IMG/VR virus record: IMGVR_UViG_3300037424_000900
Coordinates: 1 to 62,933 of that record
DNA: 62,933 nt
From: a virus
Taxonomy: Duplodnaviria; Caudoviricetes
Reading direction: 5' to 3' (one strand)
Position 1 is the first letter of the stretch, and each line of letters opens with the position of its first letter. A program made the position numbers and the translations under genes. Of this stretch, positions 1-10,414 are shown piece after piece. Under the pieces are notes generated by a model. That model ran no database searches and was not told the origin of the DNA. It worked only from the letters and a program-made list of their open reading frames with translations.

Positions 1-2471
1 CCATTCTCTTGGTTTAAAATAGGTATGTAGAAATGTCCTGTATTTTTAATATATCCTGCTGTAGTTGCTCCATCATTTCCAACTTTAAATATTATTGCGT
101 TTTGATCTTCAACTGCATAATGAGAAGAACCTGTAATAGTGATTGAACTGGTAGAAGCCCCCCCTCCATATATTGTAGCAGCTATTAAATTCGTATTATT
201 TATAATTACTGGAAACCCTGTATTTCCAAGATATAATAACGTAGACGTAAAAGCAATAATATTATCTCCCCCTGCTGAAAAATAAAATGAATAAGAAGCA
301 TTTGCACTAAATACAATATTATTTCCATAATTAATCCCAGCACTAGATGGTATATTAACCACACCATTATTTTGAATTGAAATAGATTCTGTCGCACCAT
401 TATTACCAACTTTAAAAACTATTGCTTTAACCCCAGCAGTACCATTACCCAATGTTCCTTGAAAAACAAGTTGATCTCCAACATTTGTTCCACCTATTAA
501 CCATTGCCCACCTGATTGTCCAGGTAAATAAGCATAGGATTCGTTTAAAGGAACAGTTGACCCTGTCACTACAACATTTGTAGATTTAGTAGATGATTTA
601 GTCCCATTAATAGTATCTTCCATTGTTAAATTAATGGGGGCAAGGGTTTGTTGGGTTGTTAATAGTTCCGATAATTCTAATGTTATTTTACAATCTCTTG
701 ATTGTTTTGAGAATGATAAAATTTGATAGTAACGACTTTGTATTTGTATAATGTTATTAAACCCTATAGAATGGGTGTAATCAACATAAGTTAATTTTAA
801 ATAATTCTTGTAGCTATAACGATTGTTTATTATGTTTTTAGTGTATAAAGACAACAAATCTGTATTTTCTGTATATCCATAAGAATTCCATTGTGAAGTA
901 CTTTCCCACTCACTCGTGAATATAACGATAGCACTCATTTGGGTACGTTGATAGCTATCCATAAAATAAACTTCACTTTCGACAGCTTTAATACCTGTGG
1001 GATTTTTACGGTTAAAACTAATATCATACGTTACAACAGGAATATCCCCTGCTGATTCAATAGCATCCCCTGTTGACATAGATACTTTTGATATAAGTAT
1101 TCCAGTAAAGTAAGCATTGTATAAAGTATGAGGAGGTGGAAATGTTTGCAAAGGGCTATACCAATCTACAAATCCATATACAGGTACTCCCCTTATTTTT
1201 ATTCTCACTTTATAATCCCCAGAAACAGTAACATGTGAAGCACTGTCAAATGTACTAGCAATTGTCCTCCAACTAGTATCTATAAAACCTCCTAAAGATT
1301 CCCTCCATACTCCATCTGGATGTAATATCTCAAATACAATCCTAAGAGAAACCCCTGAATTGACAGGTAATGTGAGGTGTGTAACATCTACACTGATTCG
1401 TAAATAATCATCATCTGATATTTTTACAACTCCAAAATAATTAGTTAATTCAATATAAAATGTTTGGTCGGCATAATCGGAAAAGGCTAAAATAGGCAAT
1501 GCATTATTTATCGTTTCATGCCCATATTCATCCCATACATTTACAAAGTCGTTTAGATTAAATCCTGTAGTATCAACGCCTAAATCTTTATTATGTATAG
1601 CTCCTGTTATTTCTTTAATTGGAGTTATCTTTTTTATTATGGGATTTCCAGATTCATAATCATAAGATGTAACATCAACAATATTATTAGTAGCACTGCG
1701 ACTTGAAAAAGTAGTAGTTGCCCAATCCACAGAATAATAATAACTATTTAATTCATGATGATTAGTGATGTAATACTTTCCTTTGTATTGTTTTAACGTT
1801 ACATTATAATTAATTAAAACTGCATCAATTACTTTCCAACATTTCCATGGAATCCCTTTGTCATCTAAAAATCGACGACAATCAACTTGTACAATATCTA
1901 ATGCACATTCATCAGCTGCCATTAATAAGCTTTCGTAAGTGTTTAATTGTACTACAAAATCAAGATTAATGTCTAATGAATGTAAAGCATATTTGATAAT
2001 GTCAATTTTACGTTGTCGAGTAGAAACTACTTGTTCATTTATATCATAAAATGAAGTATTTTTTAAATCTGCTAAACCGTCTGTTGCTGACAATTTAAAT
2101 ACAGTAAATGGTTCGTTTTTATAAAAATCCCTGCTTAAATTCTCAGGTTTTATATACCCTTCAAATTCAAGTTGAGAATCTACATAATATCGCACTTTGT
2201 AATCTTTATAATTGGATTCAAATATTGCATCAAATGTAGATACATCAGCAGCAGCTACAACAAATGAAAATTTAAGTTCTTGCCCTTGTATGACTGTAAA
2301 ATCTAATTTATCCGCACTTGTTCCAGTATGCTGTAATGATATAGGATCAGATGTGACAGATTGTATGGTAGTAGCTCCTCCACTATATTCTAACAATAGT
2401 AATTCAACACGATGCAAAGTGTTTCCTATGTCATAAAATTCAGAATAATATATCAGATTATAATCATTCAT
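1..2471 (-). CDS. Large minor tail / tail-tip protein, partial (runs off the left edge; absent from ORF track)
   Basis: ATG at 2471 directly after the tape-measure stop. Hand translation gives MNDYNLIYYSEFYDIGNTLHRVEL...FEGYIKPENLSRDF...LSATDGLADLKN, and the same frame is open at the left edge (...GHFYIPILNQEN). Position after the tape measure fits a tail-tip protein. Confidence 0.75.
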   Translation of the reverse strand, partial: MNDYNLIYYSEFYDIGNTLHRVELLLLEYSGGATTIQSVTSDPISLQHTGTSADKLDFTVIQGQELKFSFVVAAADVSTFDAIFESNYKDYKVRYYVDSQLEFEGYIKPENLSRDFYKNEPFTVFKLSATDGLADLKNTSFYDINEQVVSTRQRKIDIIKYALHSLDINLDFVVQLNTYESLLMAADECALDIVQVDCRRFLDDKGIPWKCWKVIDAVLINYNVTLKQYKGKYYITNHHELNSYYYSVDWATTTFSSRSATNNIVDVTSYDYESGNPIIKKITPIKEITGAIHNKDLGVDTTGFNLNDFVNVWDEYGHETINNALPILAFSDYADQTFYIELTNYFGVVKISDDDYLRISVDVTHLTLPVNSGVSLRIVFEILHPDGVWRESLGGFIDTSWRTIASTFDSASHVTVSGDYKVRIKIRGVPVYGFVDWYSPLQTFPPPHTLYNAYFTGILISKVSMSTGDAIESAGDIPVVTYDISFNRKNPTGIKAVESEVYFMDSYQRTQMSAIVIFTSEWESTSQWNSYGYTENTDLLSLYTKNIINNRYSYKNYLKLTYVDYTHSIGFNNIIQIQSRYYQILSFSKQSRDCKITLELSELLTTQQTLAPINLTMEDTINGTKSSTKSTNVVVTGSTVPLNESYAYLPGQSGGQWLIGGTNVGDQLVFQGTLGNGTAGVKAIVFKVGNNGATESISIQNNGVVNIPSSAGINYGNNIVFSANASYSFYFSAGGDNIIAFTSTLLYLGNTGFPVIINNTNLIAATIYGGGASTSSITITGSSHYAVEDQNAIIFKVGNDGATTAGYIKNTGHFYIPILNQEN

Positions 2472-2472
2472 A

Positions 2473-5034
2473 TTAATAACTGTTAAGTATTCTTGTTTCT
2501 ACGTCTTTCACTATATGATATAAATCTTCTCCTTTTGTAAACCCTTCCACTTTAACAATAACTTCTACTTTGGTTGGAGAAATATTCGGTAATTTTCCCG
2601 GAGGGGTGACTGTTTCCCCAGTGGATAACATGGCAGGATAAGAATCATTTGGATACCCAGCTGGGATTATTCCCCCTTCTGCCATTTTAGAAGGAACAAC
2701 TGTTGATAGAGCAGAAAGTACAGCTGCAATCCCTGAAGCTATTGCTAAAATATTTCCCGGAAAAGGCACAGATGCTCCAGCAGAGGTAGCTCCTGCAATA
2801 GCAGATGCAGCATTGGCTGCTTGTAATGATTTTAAAGAATTTACAATTGTTGGGATACTTCCTAAAAACGCCCCAAAAAATTTAAACCATTCCCCTGCTG
2901 TCCCTTTTATAGAGTTTCCAATTGTATTAAATACATTTGAAAGATTCTGAAGAGCTTGTTGTTTTGATTGCATAATGTCTATTTCTAAATTCATCTGTTG
3001 AATACCAGCAACAATTGATTGATAATAAGCACTAGACATATCTCCAGAAGCAAGTAACCGTTCCCATTCCGCTGTATATAATTGTAGTTTAGCTGAATTT
3101 GAATCATATAAATCCCCCAAAGATGCTTCTTTTATTTGAACCATTCCAAGTTGGGTTTGTAGATCATTCATAGGGGATGTAAAATCAGTAATAATGGGAG
3201 TAAATGCAGTCATTTTTTGTTGCAAATCAGCTACTTCTTTTCCTGTTGTAATATGAGCTTCTGATAATTTCGTCAATGTATTTTGATACACTTCCATTCG
3301 AGAGCCTACAACGTCAAATCCTTCACTTGAAGCTTCTATACTTGTATCAATCAATAACAATTCTTTAGCCATATCTGCCATTATCTGTTTTGATTTTTCG
3401 GCAGGACTGTTTAAATTTTGAATTGATTGAGTTAATTTTTGAACATTTATGTCAGTTTCATTTAATCCTTCTTGGATTAACTTACTCAATGTGGATTTAT
3501 ACGCATTTAATAATTCATCTGATGCTTGGAAATCATTACCCATAATTTTTGTCATAGTAGCAACATATTGTTCTTTTGCTGCAAGATCATCCAAGGCATC
3601 GATAATTCCTTTTGTATAGCTTGTGCCAGCAACTTTCTCTAAAGGCATTGCCTTTAACCGGGAATCTGTCTGACTTAAAAAGGATTCCAATTCTTTTATT
3701 CGTTCATTATTTGTCTTTTTATCAATTTCTAATCCTTGTTTTAGTAAACCTTCCTGTGTAAGTATGGATGTCTTTATTCCATCCACTATAACGGTTTCAT
3801 ATTCTTGAACTGCTTCTTTTTGATTAGTCACTCTGCGATTAGCTTCTTCAACTAATTTAATAGAATGATCTTGTTCAAGTTTTAATTGTTGTTCTATATT
3901 TTGTTTTAAATCTTGCACTTGCTGCCGATTTAACTGAGCCATTATATTTACACGTTCTTGAATAGTCTTAGTTTGTTCACGTAAATCCAGCCCCTCTTTT
4001 GCAACAGAATTAAACTTCTTTTGGGATTCTGTTGCTTCATCTGCTTTATCTCTAAACAATAAATAACCAGTAGTTAATGCTGCTAATGCCGTTACCAAAG
4101 CCATAATTGGATTAGCAATTATTACTAACCGCAATACATTTAATACTTTAATTGTTCCTTGAACACCTGTAACAAGTCCTGTATAACCTTTTATCAACAA
4201 ACCTATTCCCATACTAAGTGGGCCAATTGCAGCACTGGCTGCAATTCCCCCAAGAATCCATTGCTTTTGTGTAGTCGTTAACTCTCCCAAAGATTTAAGC
4301 CAATTATTTAATCCATGAATCATAGGGGTTATAATTGGTAATAATTCTTGCCCAAATGTTGCCCCAACCTCTTTTACCGATTCTTGAAATATTCTCATTT
4401 GATTTGCTGCCCCATCACTTGTTCGTGCAAAATCCCCTTGTGAATTAGCAGTCATTGCAAGAACATATTCATAACGAGTTGCAACCTTTTCTGCCTGGGA
4501 CATTTCGTCATATTGCTTTTCGATACCATTTGCCATAGCCCATGCTGAAACATTGGCCTCTGTCATAACAATACCAAGTCGTTTCAACGATTCAGTTTCA
4601 CCAGTAAAAACCCCAGCTAATGCTGTGCGAGCAACATCCACTTGTATATTTTTAAATGATGCTAAATCCCCAGCAAGTCCTGTCAATCGTTTGGACATTT
4701 CAGCGGCCTTTTTAGTTGAAATCCCCATGCTTGTGCTCATATCCCCATACAAGGCTGCCATGTCCAATGCAGTCCCTTGCGCAATTCCAAACGATTCTAA
4801 TGTTGTTTTACTCCAATCCCTAACAGTTTTAGCCTGTTCATCAAATGCAACATCCACTTTATTTAAAGATTCGTTCAAATCGGATGCCATTTTAAAAGCC
4901 CCAACACCAGCGGCAACCAAAGGGGTTGTGAGATACAAAGATGCCTTTTTACCAAAATCCATCATTGTCTTTTCAGCTGCCTTTAATCCTGTATCATCAA
5001 TCCCTAATGTTGCCGTTAATGTGCCTATGTTCAT
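2473..5034 (-). CDS. Tail tape measure protein
   Basis: 853 aa, Ala/Gly/Leu-rich and helical, N-terminal MNIGTLTATLGIDD, hydrophobic mid segment; follows the tail chaperones. Confidence 0.93.
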   Translation of the reverse strand: MNIGTLTATLGIDDTGLKAAEKTMMDFGKKASLYLTTPLVAAGVGAFKMASDLNESLNKVDVAFDEQAKTVRDWSKTTLESFGIAQGTALDMAALYGDMSTSMGISTKKAAEMSKRLTGLAGDLASFKNIQVDVARTALAGVFTGETESLKRLGIVMTEANVSAWAMANGIEKQYDEMSQAEKVATRYEYVLAMTANSQGDFARTSDGAANQMRIFQESVKEVGATFGQELLPIITPMIHGLNNWLKSLGELTTTQKQWILGGIAASAAIGPLSMGIGLLIKGYTGLVTGVQGTIKVLNVLRLVIIANPIMALVTALAALTTGYLLFRDKADEATESQKKFNSVAKEGLDLREQTKTIQERVNIMAQLNRQQVQDLKQNIEQQLKLEQDHSIKLVEEANRRVTNQKEAVQEYETVIVDGIKTSILTQEGLLKQGLEIDKKTNNERIKELESFLSQTDSRLKAMPLEKVAGTSYTKGIIDALDDLAAKEQYVATMTKIMGNDFQASDELLNAYKSTLSKLIQEGLNETDINVQKLTQSIQNLNSPAEKSKQIMADMAKELLLIDTSIEASSEGFDVVGSRMEVYQNTLTKLSEAHITTGKEVADLQQKMTAFTPIITDFTSPMNDLQTQLGMVQIKEASLGDLYDSNSAKLQLYTAEWERLLASGDMSSAYYQSIVAGIQQMNLEIDIMQSKQQALQNLSNVFNTIGNSIKGTAGEWFKFFGAFLGSIPTIVNSLKSLQAANAASAIAGATSAGASVPFPGNILAIASGIAAVLSALSTVVPSKMAEGGIIPAGYPNDSYPAMLSTGETVTPPGKLPNISPTKVEVIVKVEGFTKGEDLYHIVKDVETRILNSY

Positions 5035-5869
5035 ACCTTATTTTTTATTGGTGGTTTTTTATTGTTTAATCGTTTCAAACGTTCTTTTTGTTTCTCCTGT
5101 CCCTTTATGACCTGACGAATCCCTTCCACTGCTAATCTAAGTTGATCAATAGATTGAGTTGGAACTAATTCGTTTGTTTTAGGAGTTCCATCCCAATTTG
5201 GCATAAAGTTTAAAGGGGATACCCATTTTGGTTCTTTGACAAAGTTTCCGTTTTTATCTCTTTTTGCATATATTGATAATATGGCATTTTCAAGAAACGA
5301 TAATAACTTAGCATTCCTGTAATCATCCCTCCATGTCCCTATTGGATCAATTTTATTATAAGCCTCCCATTCATTTATTTGGGATTGGGTTAATTGATCC
5401 TGTAACTTATCAGGATGAATTACCCCTAATTCTCTACAGAGCCGGAACTGGAATTGGCGTCCAGGCCGGCAGCGGAGTTTTTTACCAATACGGCCTTATC
5501 TTCTTCTGTTACTGAATTTAGTTTTTGAGCAACCTGCATGATCTTATCTAATCGTTTCGCCCCCATACTGTCACTTAATGTTCCAATATCACTGTCTTGT
5601 AATAATCGTTTTCCAGTTTCATCACATAGAGTAAATACAGCCAATCTTGCTCTAAAGTTAGCAAGATTACGGTCATATTCAGTTTCCCCTTTCTCATTCT
5701 TTTTTTCCACAATAATTGACCGTTCCCAAGTATCCTTTTCACGTCCAGTCATTTCCTTTACATACACAAATAATTCTTCGCCAGATTCTTCATCTTTTCC
5801 AAGATCAACCTTTTCAATTTTCAATGCTTGCTTTTGCAGCAATTTTTCTCTGTTCAAAAATAATCCCAT
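5031..5869 (-). CDS. Tail assembly chaperone G-T fusion via -1 programmed frameshift
   Basis: The -1 frame after A AAA AAC is open from 5477 to TGA 5031-5033 (LRCRPGRQFQFRLCRELG...EWEAYNKIDPIGTWRDDYR...NKV). Its stop overlaps the tape-measure ATG (ATGA). Confidence 0.85.
5426..5869 (-). CDS. Tail assembly chaperone (lambda gpG-like)
   Basis: 147 aa, between tail tube and tape measure; ends ...VKN over a slippery site. Confidence 0.85.
   Translation of the reverse strand: MGLFLNREKLLQKQALKIEKVDLGKDEESGEELFVYVKEMTGREKDTWERSIIVEKKNEKGETEYDRNLANFRARLAVFTLCDETGKRLLQDSDIGTLSDSMGAKRLDKIMQVAQKLNSVTEEDKAVLVKNSAAGLDANSSSGSVEN
5477..5483 (-). other. -1 ribosomal frameshift slippery heptamer A AAA AAC
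   Basis: X XXY YYZ pattern in frame (GTA AAA AAC) near the end of gpG, followed by GC-rich sequence. Confidence 0.82.
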
Positions 5870-5921
5870 GATTAGTTATTTTAAATTGTTAATAAAAAAA
5901 TTAAATCCCTGATTAGGATTT
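5866..5921 (-). promoter_or_regulatory. Twin CTAATCA element after the tail tube gene (hairpin loop + start-codon context)
   Basis: Hairpin AAATCC-TAATCAG-GGATTT, then CTAATCATGG at the gpG start. The two CTAATCA copies are 41 nt apart, the same layout as 14714-14771. Confidence 0.6.
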
Positions 5922-5928
5922 TAAATTG

Positions 5929-6360
5929 TTACAGCCCTGAACTTGCTCCTGAATTGAGTGTTGATGGGCCACTGATCTTAATAGTAACATCAGATGAAAT
6001 CTTGTCATCCATAGGGATAGCAAGACCAATTTCAGTTACCAATCCTTGAAATTCAACAGTTGAATCCTCAGCATCCGGCAAAACTATTTCGTAATTTTGA
6101 AGAACGTCACTTTCAAAATCATTATTCATGATCTCGTAAGTAGCACGAGTAAAATTCATGTTTAATGTGACTGTTCCTGCATCACGAAAACTTGCTTTAA
6201 ACTCTTTATACCCCCCTGTTGAATCTAAGGAAGTAGTTTCAAATGTGTCTCTGGACTTTTTTGGCCCATCGATTTGGGATATTTCGGCAATGTTTTGATA
6301 GGCAGAACCAGTCCACCGTCTAAACAAAGTACCTACCCCACTAACAGCATTACTAGGCAT
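5929..6360 (-). CDS. Major tail tube protein
   Basis: IAEISQIDGPKKSRDTFETTSLDSTGGYKEF...DAGTVT...TIKISG is a typical sipho tail tube pattern; AAAGGAGG upstream. Confidence 0.9.
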   Translation of the reverse strand: MPSNAVSGVGTLFRRWTGSAYQNIAEISQIDGPKKSRDTFETTSLDSTGGYKEFKASFRDAGTVTLNMNFTRATYEIMNNDFESDVLQNYEIVLPDAEDSTVEFQGLVTEIGLAIPMDDKISSDVTIKISGPSTLNSGASSGL

Positions 6361-6362
6361 TT

Positions 6363-6758
6363 TTACCTCCTTTGAATATTAAAATTTACAACAAATCTAC
6401 AATTGTCATTCTCATCCCAATCCAAAAACGCTGGATCATCAATGGCTCGAATGACAGTATATAATGTCCCATTCCATGTCTCTTGCGCCCGACCATGTAA
6501 TGAGTTCAATATATCATACGCTAATTGCCAAGCTATTTGATAAGACATATTTCTAACACGTATCTGGATGCTTGGCCGATAATAATTTTCATTCCCAGAC
6601 AAATTCATACCCGGTGGGAACCCTCCTGAATCAAATATAGTTGCACAATTTCTTGGGCTAGATGGCTCTCTTCCAATAAATAAATTAGTTCCAAGGGACA
6701 GTCCTAAGCTGCTATCAGCTTCTAACATGTCTTTTATATCATCACTGGTAGGGTTCAT
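6363..6758 (-). CDS. Tail terminator / completion protein
   Basis: PSIQIRVRN and FLDWDENDNCRFVVNF motifs; position just before the tail tube gene. Confidence 0.75.
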   Translation of the reverse strand: MNPTSDDIKDMLEADSSLGLSLGTNLFIGREPSSPRNCATIFDSGGFPPGMNLSGNENYYRPSIQIRVRNMSYQIAWQLAYDILNSLHGRAQETWNGTLYTVIRAIDDPAFLDWDENDNCRFVVNFNIQRR

Positions 6759-7153
6759 TGTTTTATTTTTACTCGGTTACGAATGACATTAATTATATTC
6801 TTGGCATTACGTTCTATGGCTTTTTGAAAGAATTTTGGACCTGAATTTGGTCGATTCCAATTCACTTTTTTATTCTTAGAAGCTAACAATTCATGCACAA
6901 ATACTGCATAATTAGCTGTAAATCCAATTACCAATCCAATCAAACCTAATCTTTTTATTGGGGATGTTGTCCAAGATGCTCTTAAGTTTCCAGTATCTAT
7001 AGGAATCAAAGGGGGAGTTTTATCCATGTCCCTACGTATTATTATGGCTGCATCAATCAATCCAGCCATACTTCGTCCTTGAATATTCCTAATTTCTTTA
7101 TTAAGATTACTCACTACTTTGGACAATCCTTTTATTTCATTCCTCTTAGCCAT
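6755..7153 (-). CDS. HK97 gp10-like neck protein
   Basis: Basic protein with PIDTGNLRAS, ANYAVFVHE and PKFFQKA motifs. Confidence 0.8.
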   Translation of the reverse strand: MAKRNEIKGLSKVVSNLNKEIRNIQGRSMAGLIDAAIIIRRDMDKTPPLIPIDTGNLRASWTTSPIKRLGLIGLVIGFTANYAVFVHELLASKNKKVNWNRPNSGPKFFQKAIERNAKNIINVIRNRVKIKQ

Positions 7154-7527
7154 TACAAATATGCCTTTCTTACAAATTTTGAAGTGGATCGAAATAATGG
7201 AACTTTTTCAAAAGCTTTAATTTCATACGCCCCATCAACTTCTTTTGGATCACCAATCTGAGCACTATTTAAATCATCCAAAATACCTAAATATACCCAC
7301 CCTTGTTCTTGTACATCCTGAGTTACTAACAATTGAGCTTTAGAAACCACCACTTTTCCCGTGGCTGTTGTTCCTTTGTCCCCTATTAACTCCACTTTAC
7401 TATCCCATCGGCAAGCTATTTCTACAGCGGCGTCAAATATAGTTCCTCCGTGACCATCTGGTCTTGGATTCCCCCAATACACAGCAGTCTGAACACAAAC
7501 TTTTTCTATGAATTGAATTATTCCCAT
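7153..7527 (-). CDS. Head-tail adaptor / head-closure protein
   Basis: QTAVYWGNP-x-PDGHGG motif; size and position in the neck module. Confidence 0.7.
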   Translation of the reverse strand: MGIIQFIEKVCVQTAVYWGNPRPDGHGGTIFDAAVEIACRWDSKVELIGDKGTTATGKVVVSKAQLLVTQDVQEQGWVYLGILDDLNSAQIGDPKEVDGAYEIKAFEKVPLFRSTSKFVRKAYL

Positions 7528-7880
7528 TACTCAATTGCCGTTATAGTAGCATTTTTTAATCCCAATGTTGCTAACTTCCCTGTGGTATCCAATATTTTTA
7601 CCATTTGACCAAATTGGGAAGCATCTAAACCCATCCCCGTTTTACCTACATATTCCACTTTAGCTCCTCCAGCCTCTTCTTTTGCTGATAGACGTGCCGC
7701 TCCACAAGCTAATAAATGAGCTGCTAAATACCTTTCAATTTCCTTTAATATTGCTGTAGTACCTGTTCCAAGGGCTTCATCTACCATAGCAGTTGCCCCA
7801 GCAATAGCAACTTCAACTTTAGTGTCATCCACATCAGTTTCCAATAATCCGTTTACATCATCAACTGTTACTCGTGCCAT
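7527..7880 (-). CDS. Head-tail connector protein
   Basis: Start moved to ATG 7880 (MARVTVDDV, AAGGAG upstream); IERYLAAHLL and SQFGQMVKILD motifs. Confidence 0.75.
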   Translation of the reverse strand: MARVTVDDVNGLLETDVDDTKVEVAIAGATAMVDEALGTGTTAILKEIERYLAAHLLACGAARLSAKEEAGGAKVEYVGKTGMGLDASQFGQMVKILDTTGKLATLGLKNATITAIE

Positions 7881-7881
7881 A

Positions 7882-8559
7882 TCAATCTCCTTTCTTTTGT
7901 CTACTATTCCACAATAATGGTTCAATCTTTTTTGGAATATTTGAATCCCACTCCAATCCAAGCCATGCTACTATTTTCTTTATTTGATCATAATCCCCAT
8001 TTACCATTCTTTCTGGCCATACTTCAACATAATTTAAATGGGATTGAACAATCTGAAGAAATAATTTTTCATGTTCATGAATCCACCATAACCACCCCTC
8101 TTCAGCATTATGAACATTAATAAATTTTCTATTTACCGAATCTTCAAATACATTCATATAGTCCGTATTAACACATGAATTTATTATATCACCAGTGCGC
8201 CTACGTACAATAATCCAACGAGCACTTGGAAATGCATTATTCCAAACAGGCCATATTTGACATATTCGTGAACTTTTATATCCCCAGTTTCCATCACTAC
8301 TTAATTTAAACCGTACATCATCCCTCCAATCAGTTGGAATTAATAAAGAATTTACATCAGGTAATGGGAATTGCCCTCTTTTATCTGCCCCACAATCAGC
8401 ATAATACTCATCTACTAATTGTTTAATTGCAACATTCTCCATCATAGAAGTTGTAACCCCAGTAAACATACCACATGATTGTAATATTTTTGCTATTATA
8501 GTGGCTCCAGACCTTTGTACACCTGTAATTAATATTGGGCTATTTGCTACATTTTTCAT
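7882..8559 (-). CDS. Sulfotransferase-family protein
   Basis: N-terminal ILITGVQRSGATII (PAPS 5'-phosphosulfate loop like RSGT[TS]), WGYK, FPSARWIIVRR...IINS, and C-terminal WLGLEW. Confidence 0.75.
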   Translation of the reverse strand: MKNVANSPILITGVQRSGATIIAKILQSCGMFTGVTTSMMENVAIKQLVDEYYADCGADKRGQFPLPDVNSLLIPTDWRDDVRFKLSSDGNWGYKSSRICQIWPVWNNAFPSARWIIVRRRTGDIINSCVNTDYMNVFEDSVNRKFINVHNAEEGWLWWIHEHEKLFLQIVQSHLNYVEVWPERMVNGDYDQIKKIVAWLGLEWDSNIPKKIEPLLWNSRQKKGD

Positions 8560-9836
8560 AAATAATCTTGTACTACTTGTTGTTTTTCACGTTGTTTATC
8601 TTCTGTGGATACCGTACGGACTTTCTGTTTTGGATGCCTACGATAAATGACAAGTTCTGTATTAGCATAACCAACCTTCATCCCAGCTTTCAAGCATCGT
8701 AAATTGAATTCAAATTCCTCTTGAGTGTTTAAAGATTCATCAAATGTTCCAACTATATTAAATACTTCTCGTTTATACATCAACGTAGCTGAATGAAATA
8801 CATTTTTTTCAATCAATTCATTTACAGTAGGGAATAATTTATTGGGAAAATAATACTTTTTTATTCCAGTTTCCTGATTTAATTCAATAGCATTTCCATG
8901 TATAAAATCAGCCCCGGTTTCTTTAAAACACCCCACCGAATCTCGTATACAATTAGGAGTTAACATATCATCCTCATGCAAAAATTTAATATACTTCCCA
9001 CGTGCCTGTGGTAATGCCTTATTAAAATTAGCTGGCCAATTACCTTCTCCCTGACTTACAATTAATTGTACAGTTGGATCATTAGGAACACTGTTTATAG
9101 CATCCTGTAACCATCCACGATCTTCTTTGTATGGAATTATAATAGTGACTAAAGGTACAACATCATTTTTACTTTTGAAATCCTGATTTATATAATTGTT
9201 TACCCATTTTATGGTATTAGCTTCAAAAATCCGAGGGTGCCCATGAAAACATATCAATATACTTTCGGCAGGTATATCGTTTAAATATGAGTGTGGTTTT
9301 GGCTTAAAATCTAAAATTTTATCGGTAAAGTGTTGCCAATATATTAATGGTTGAATAACTTTCCTTAAAAAATAATCCATTCTAAATCCTAAAGTTATGT
9401 TGCCTTTATTAAAGGTTTCCCAAACTAATCGTATCTTTTCTGATTTAGCAGGAAACCAAACCACTCCTGTTGCTAATTGGCCTTTCTGCCAAAAGTCTTC
9501 CAGTGTTATAAATTGGCTTTCATCTTTTACTAAATCAAATATTTTTTCAACTGATTGATTTACCACCGTATCCAAATCCAAATAAAGAAATGGTCTGTAT
9601 TGTTCCATTTCAGGACTATATAATTGCATACGGGACCAAGTGCCTGGCAGGTTATTTGTTAATGGTACGATTTTAATACTTCCAAGATCATACGATTGAC
9701 TTGCTTTATCCCACAACAATATAATTCTTGGAAGTTCTTTGAATTCCCACTTTCCAATAATATGACGGGTTAATAATTCTACATCTTTAAATGAAAAGTC
9801 TTTTCCCTCCTTCAATACCAATACTATTGTTTTCAT
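8556..9836 (-). CDS. Bifunctional glycosyltransferase (GT8-like N-domain + GT2 C-domain)
   Basis: N-half LPGTWSRMQLY...FLYLDLDTVV...CFHGHPR; C-half VTIIIPY...ARGKYIKFLHEDD...GTFDESLNTQEEFEFNLR...YRRH. Confidence 0.85.
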   Translation of the reverse strand: MKTIVLVLKEGKDFSFKDVELLTRHIIGKWEFKELPRIILLWDKASQSYDLGSIKIVPLTNNLPGTWSRMQLYSPEMEQYRPFLYLDLDTVVNQSVEKIFDLVKDESQFITLEDFWQKGQLATGVVWFPAKSEKIRLVWETFNKGNITLGFRMDYFLRKVIQPLIYWQHFTDKILDFKPKPHSYLNDIPAESILICFHGHPRIFEANTIKWVNNYINQDFKSKNDVVPLVTIIIPYKEDRGWLQDAINSVPNDPTVQLIVSQGEGNWPANFNKALPQARGKYIKFLHEDDMLTPNCIRDSVGCFKETGADFIHGNAIELNQETGIKKYYFPNKLFPTVNELIEKNVFHSATLMYKREVFNIVGTFDESLNTQEEFEFNLRCLKAGMKVGYANTELVIYRRHPKQKVRTVSTEDKQREKQQVVQDYL

Positions 9837-10414
9837 TTAAAAAATTTTAAAATGTTTTCTTCTATTTCATCCAAATTACTTAATAAGGTAGTCATTGGTG
9901 GAACAGTCTTAAAATGGTATATGTGCTTAAACATGGAAAAATTGTAATGATAGCAGTTTTCTTTTCCTTCTACTACACATTCAGAATCATGAACAATAAT
10001 ATAATCTGCCTTTATTTTCTCTAATACAGGCTGACGAAGTTCAGCAGGGGCCCCATCTACGAATGCAAGAGAATAATGTTCATTTAAAAAGAAATCCCCT
10101 AACAATTTATTTGGATTTATACAACGCATATCATGCCAATCACTCTTATAATGTATTAACTTATCAAACCATTTTGAATCAGTTTCAATTGATAATACCG
10201 GACATTTACGCAATCCAGATATTATATGAATTAATGGAGTGCTATTAAACCCCATTCCAAATTCCAATATTTTCCCACCATTAATAGAATTTAATAAGTG
10301 AATTAATAATGGCTGATGAGAACTAAAAGCAAGAGTTTGTTTACCATTAATCCAATTATTATAAGATTCTTTGTACTTATTCGGCAGTAATTCTGCATAT
10401 TTATCATTAATCAT
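9833..10414 (-). CDS. Class I SAM-dependent methyltransferase (probable sugar O-methyltransferase)
   Basis: ILEFGMGFNST motif I, SIETD, LAFVDG, IIVHDSE. Confidence 0.75.
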   Translation of the reverse strand: MINDKYAELLPNKYKESYNNWINGKQTLAFSSHQPLLIHLLNSINGGKILEFGMGFNSTPLIHIISGLRKCPVLSIETDSKWFDKLIHYKSDWHDMRCINPNKLLGDFFLNEHYSLAFVDGAPAELRQPVLEKIKADYIIVHDSECVVEGKENCYHYNFSMFKHIYHFKTVPPMTTLLSNLDEIEENILKFFK

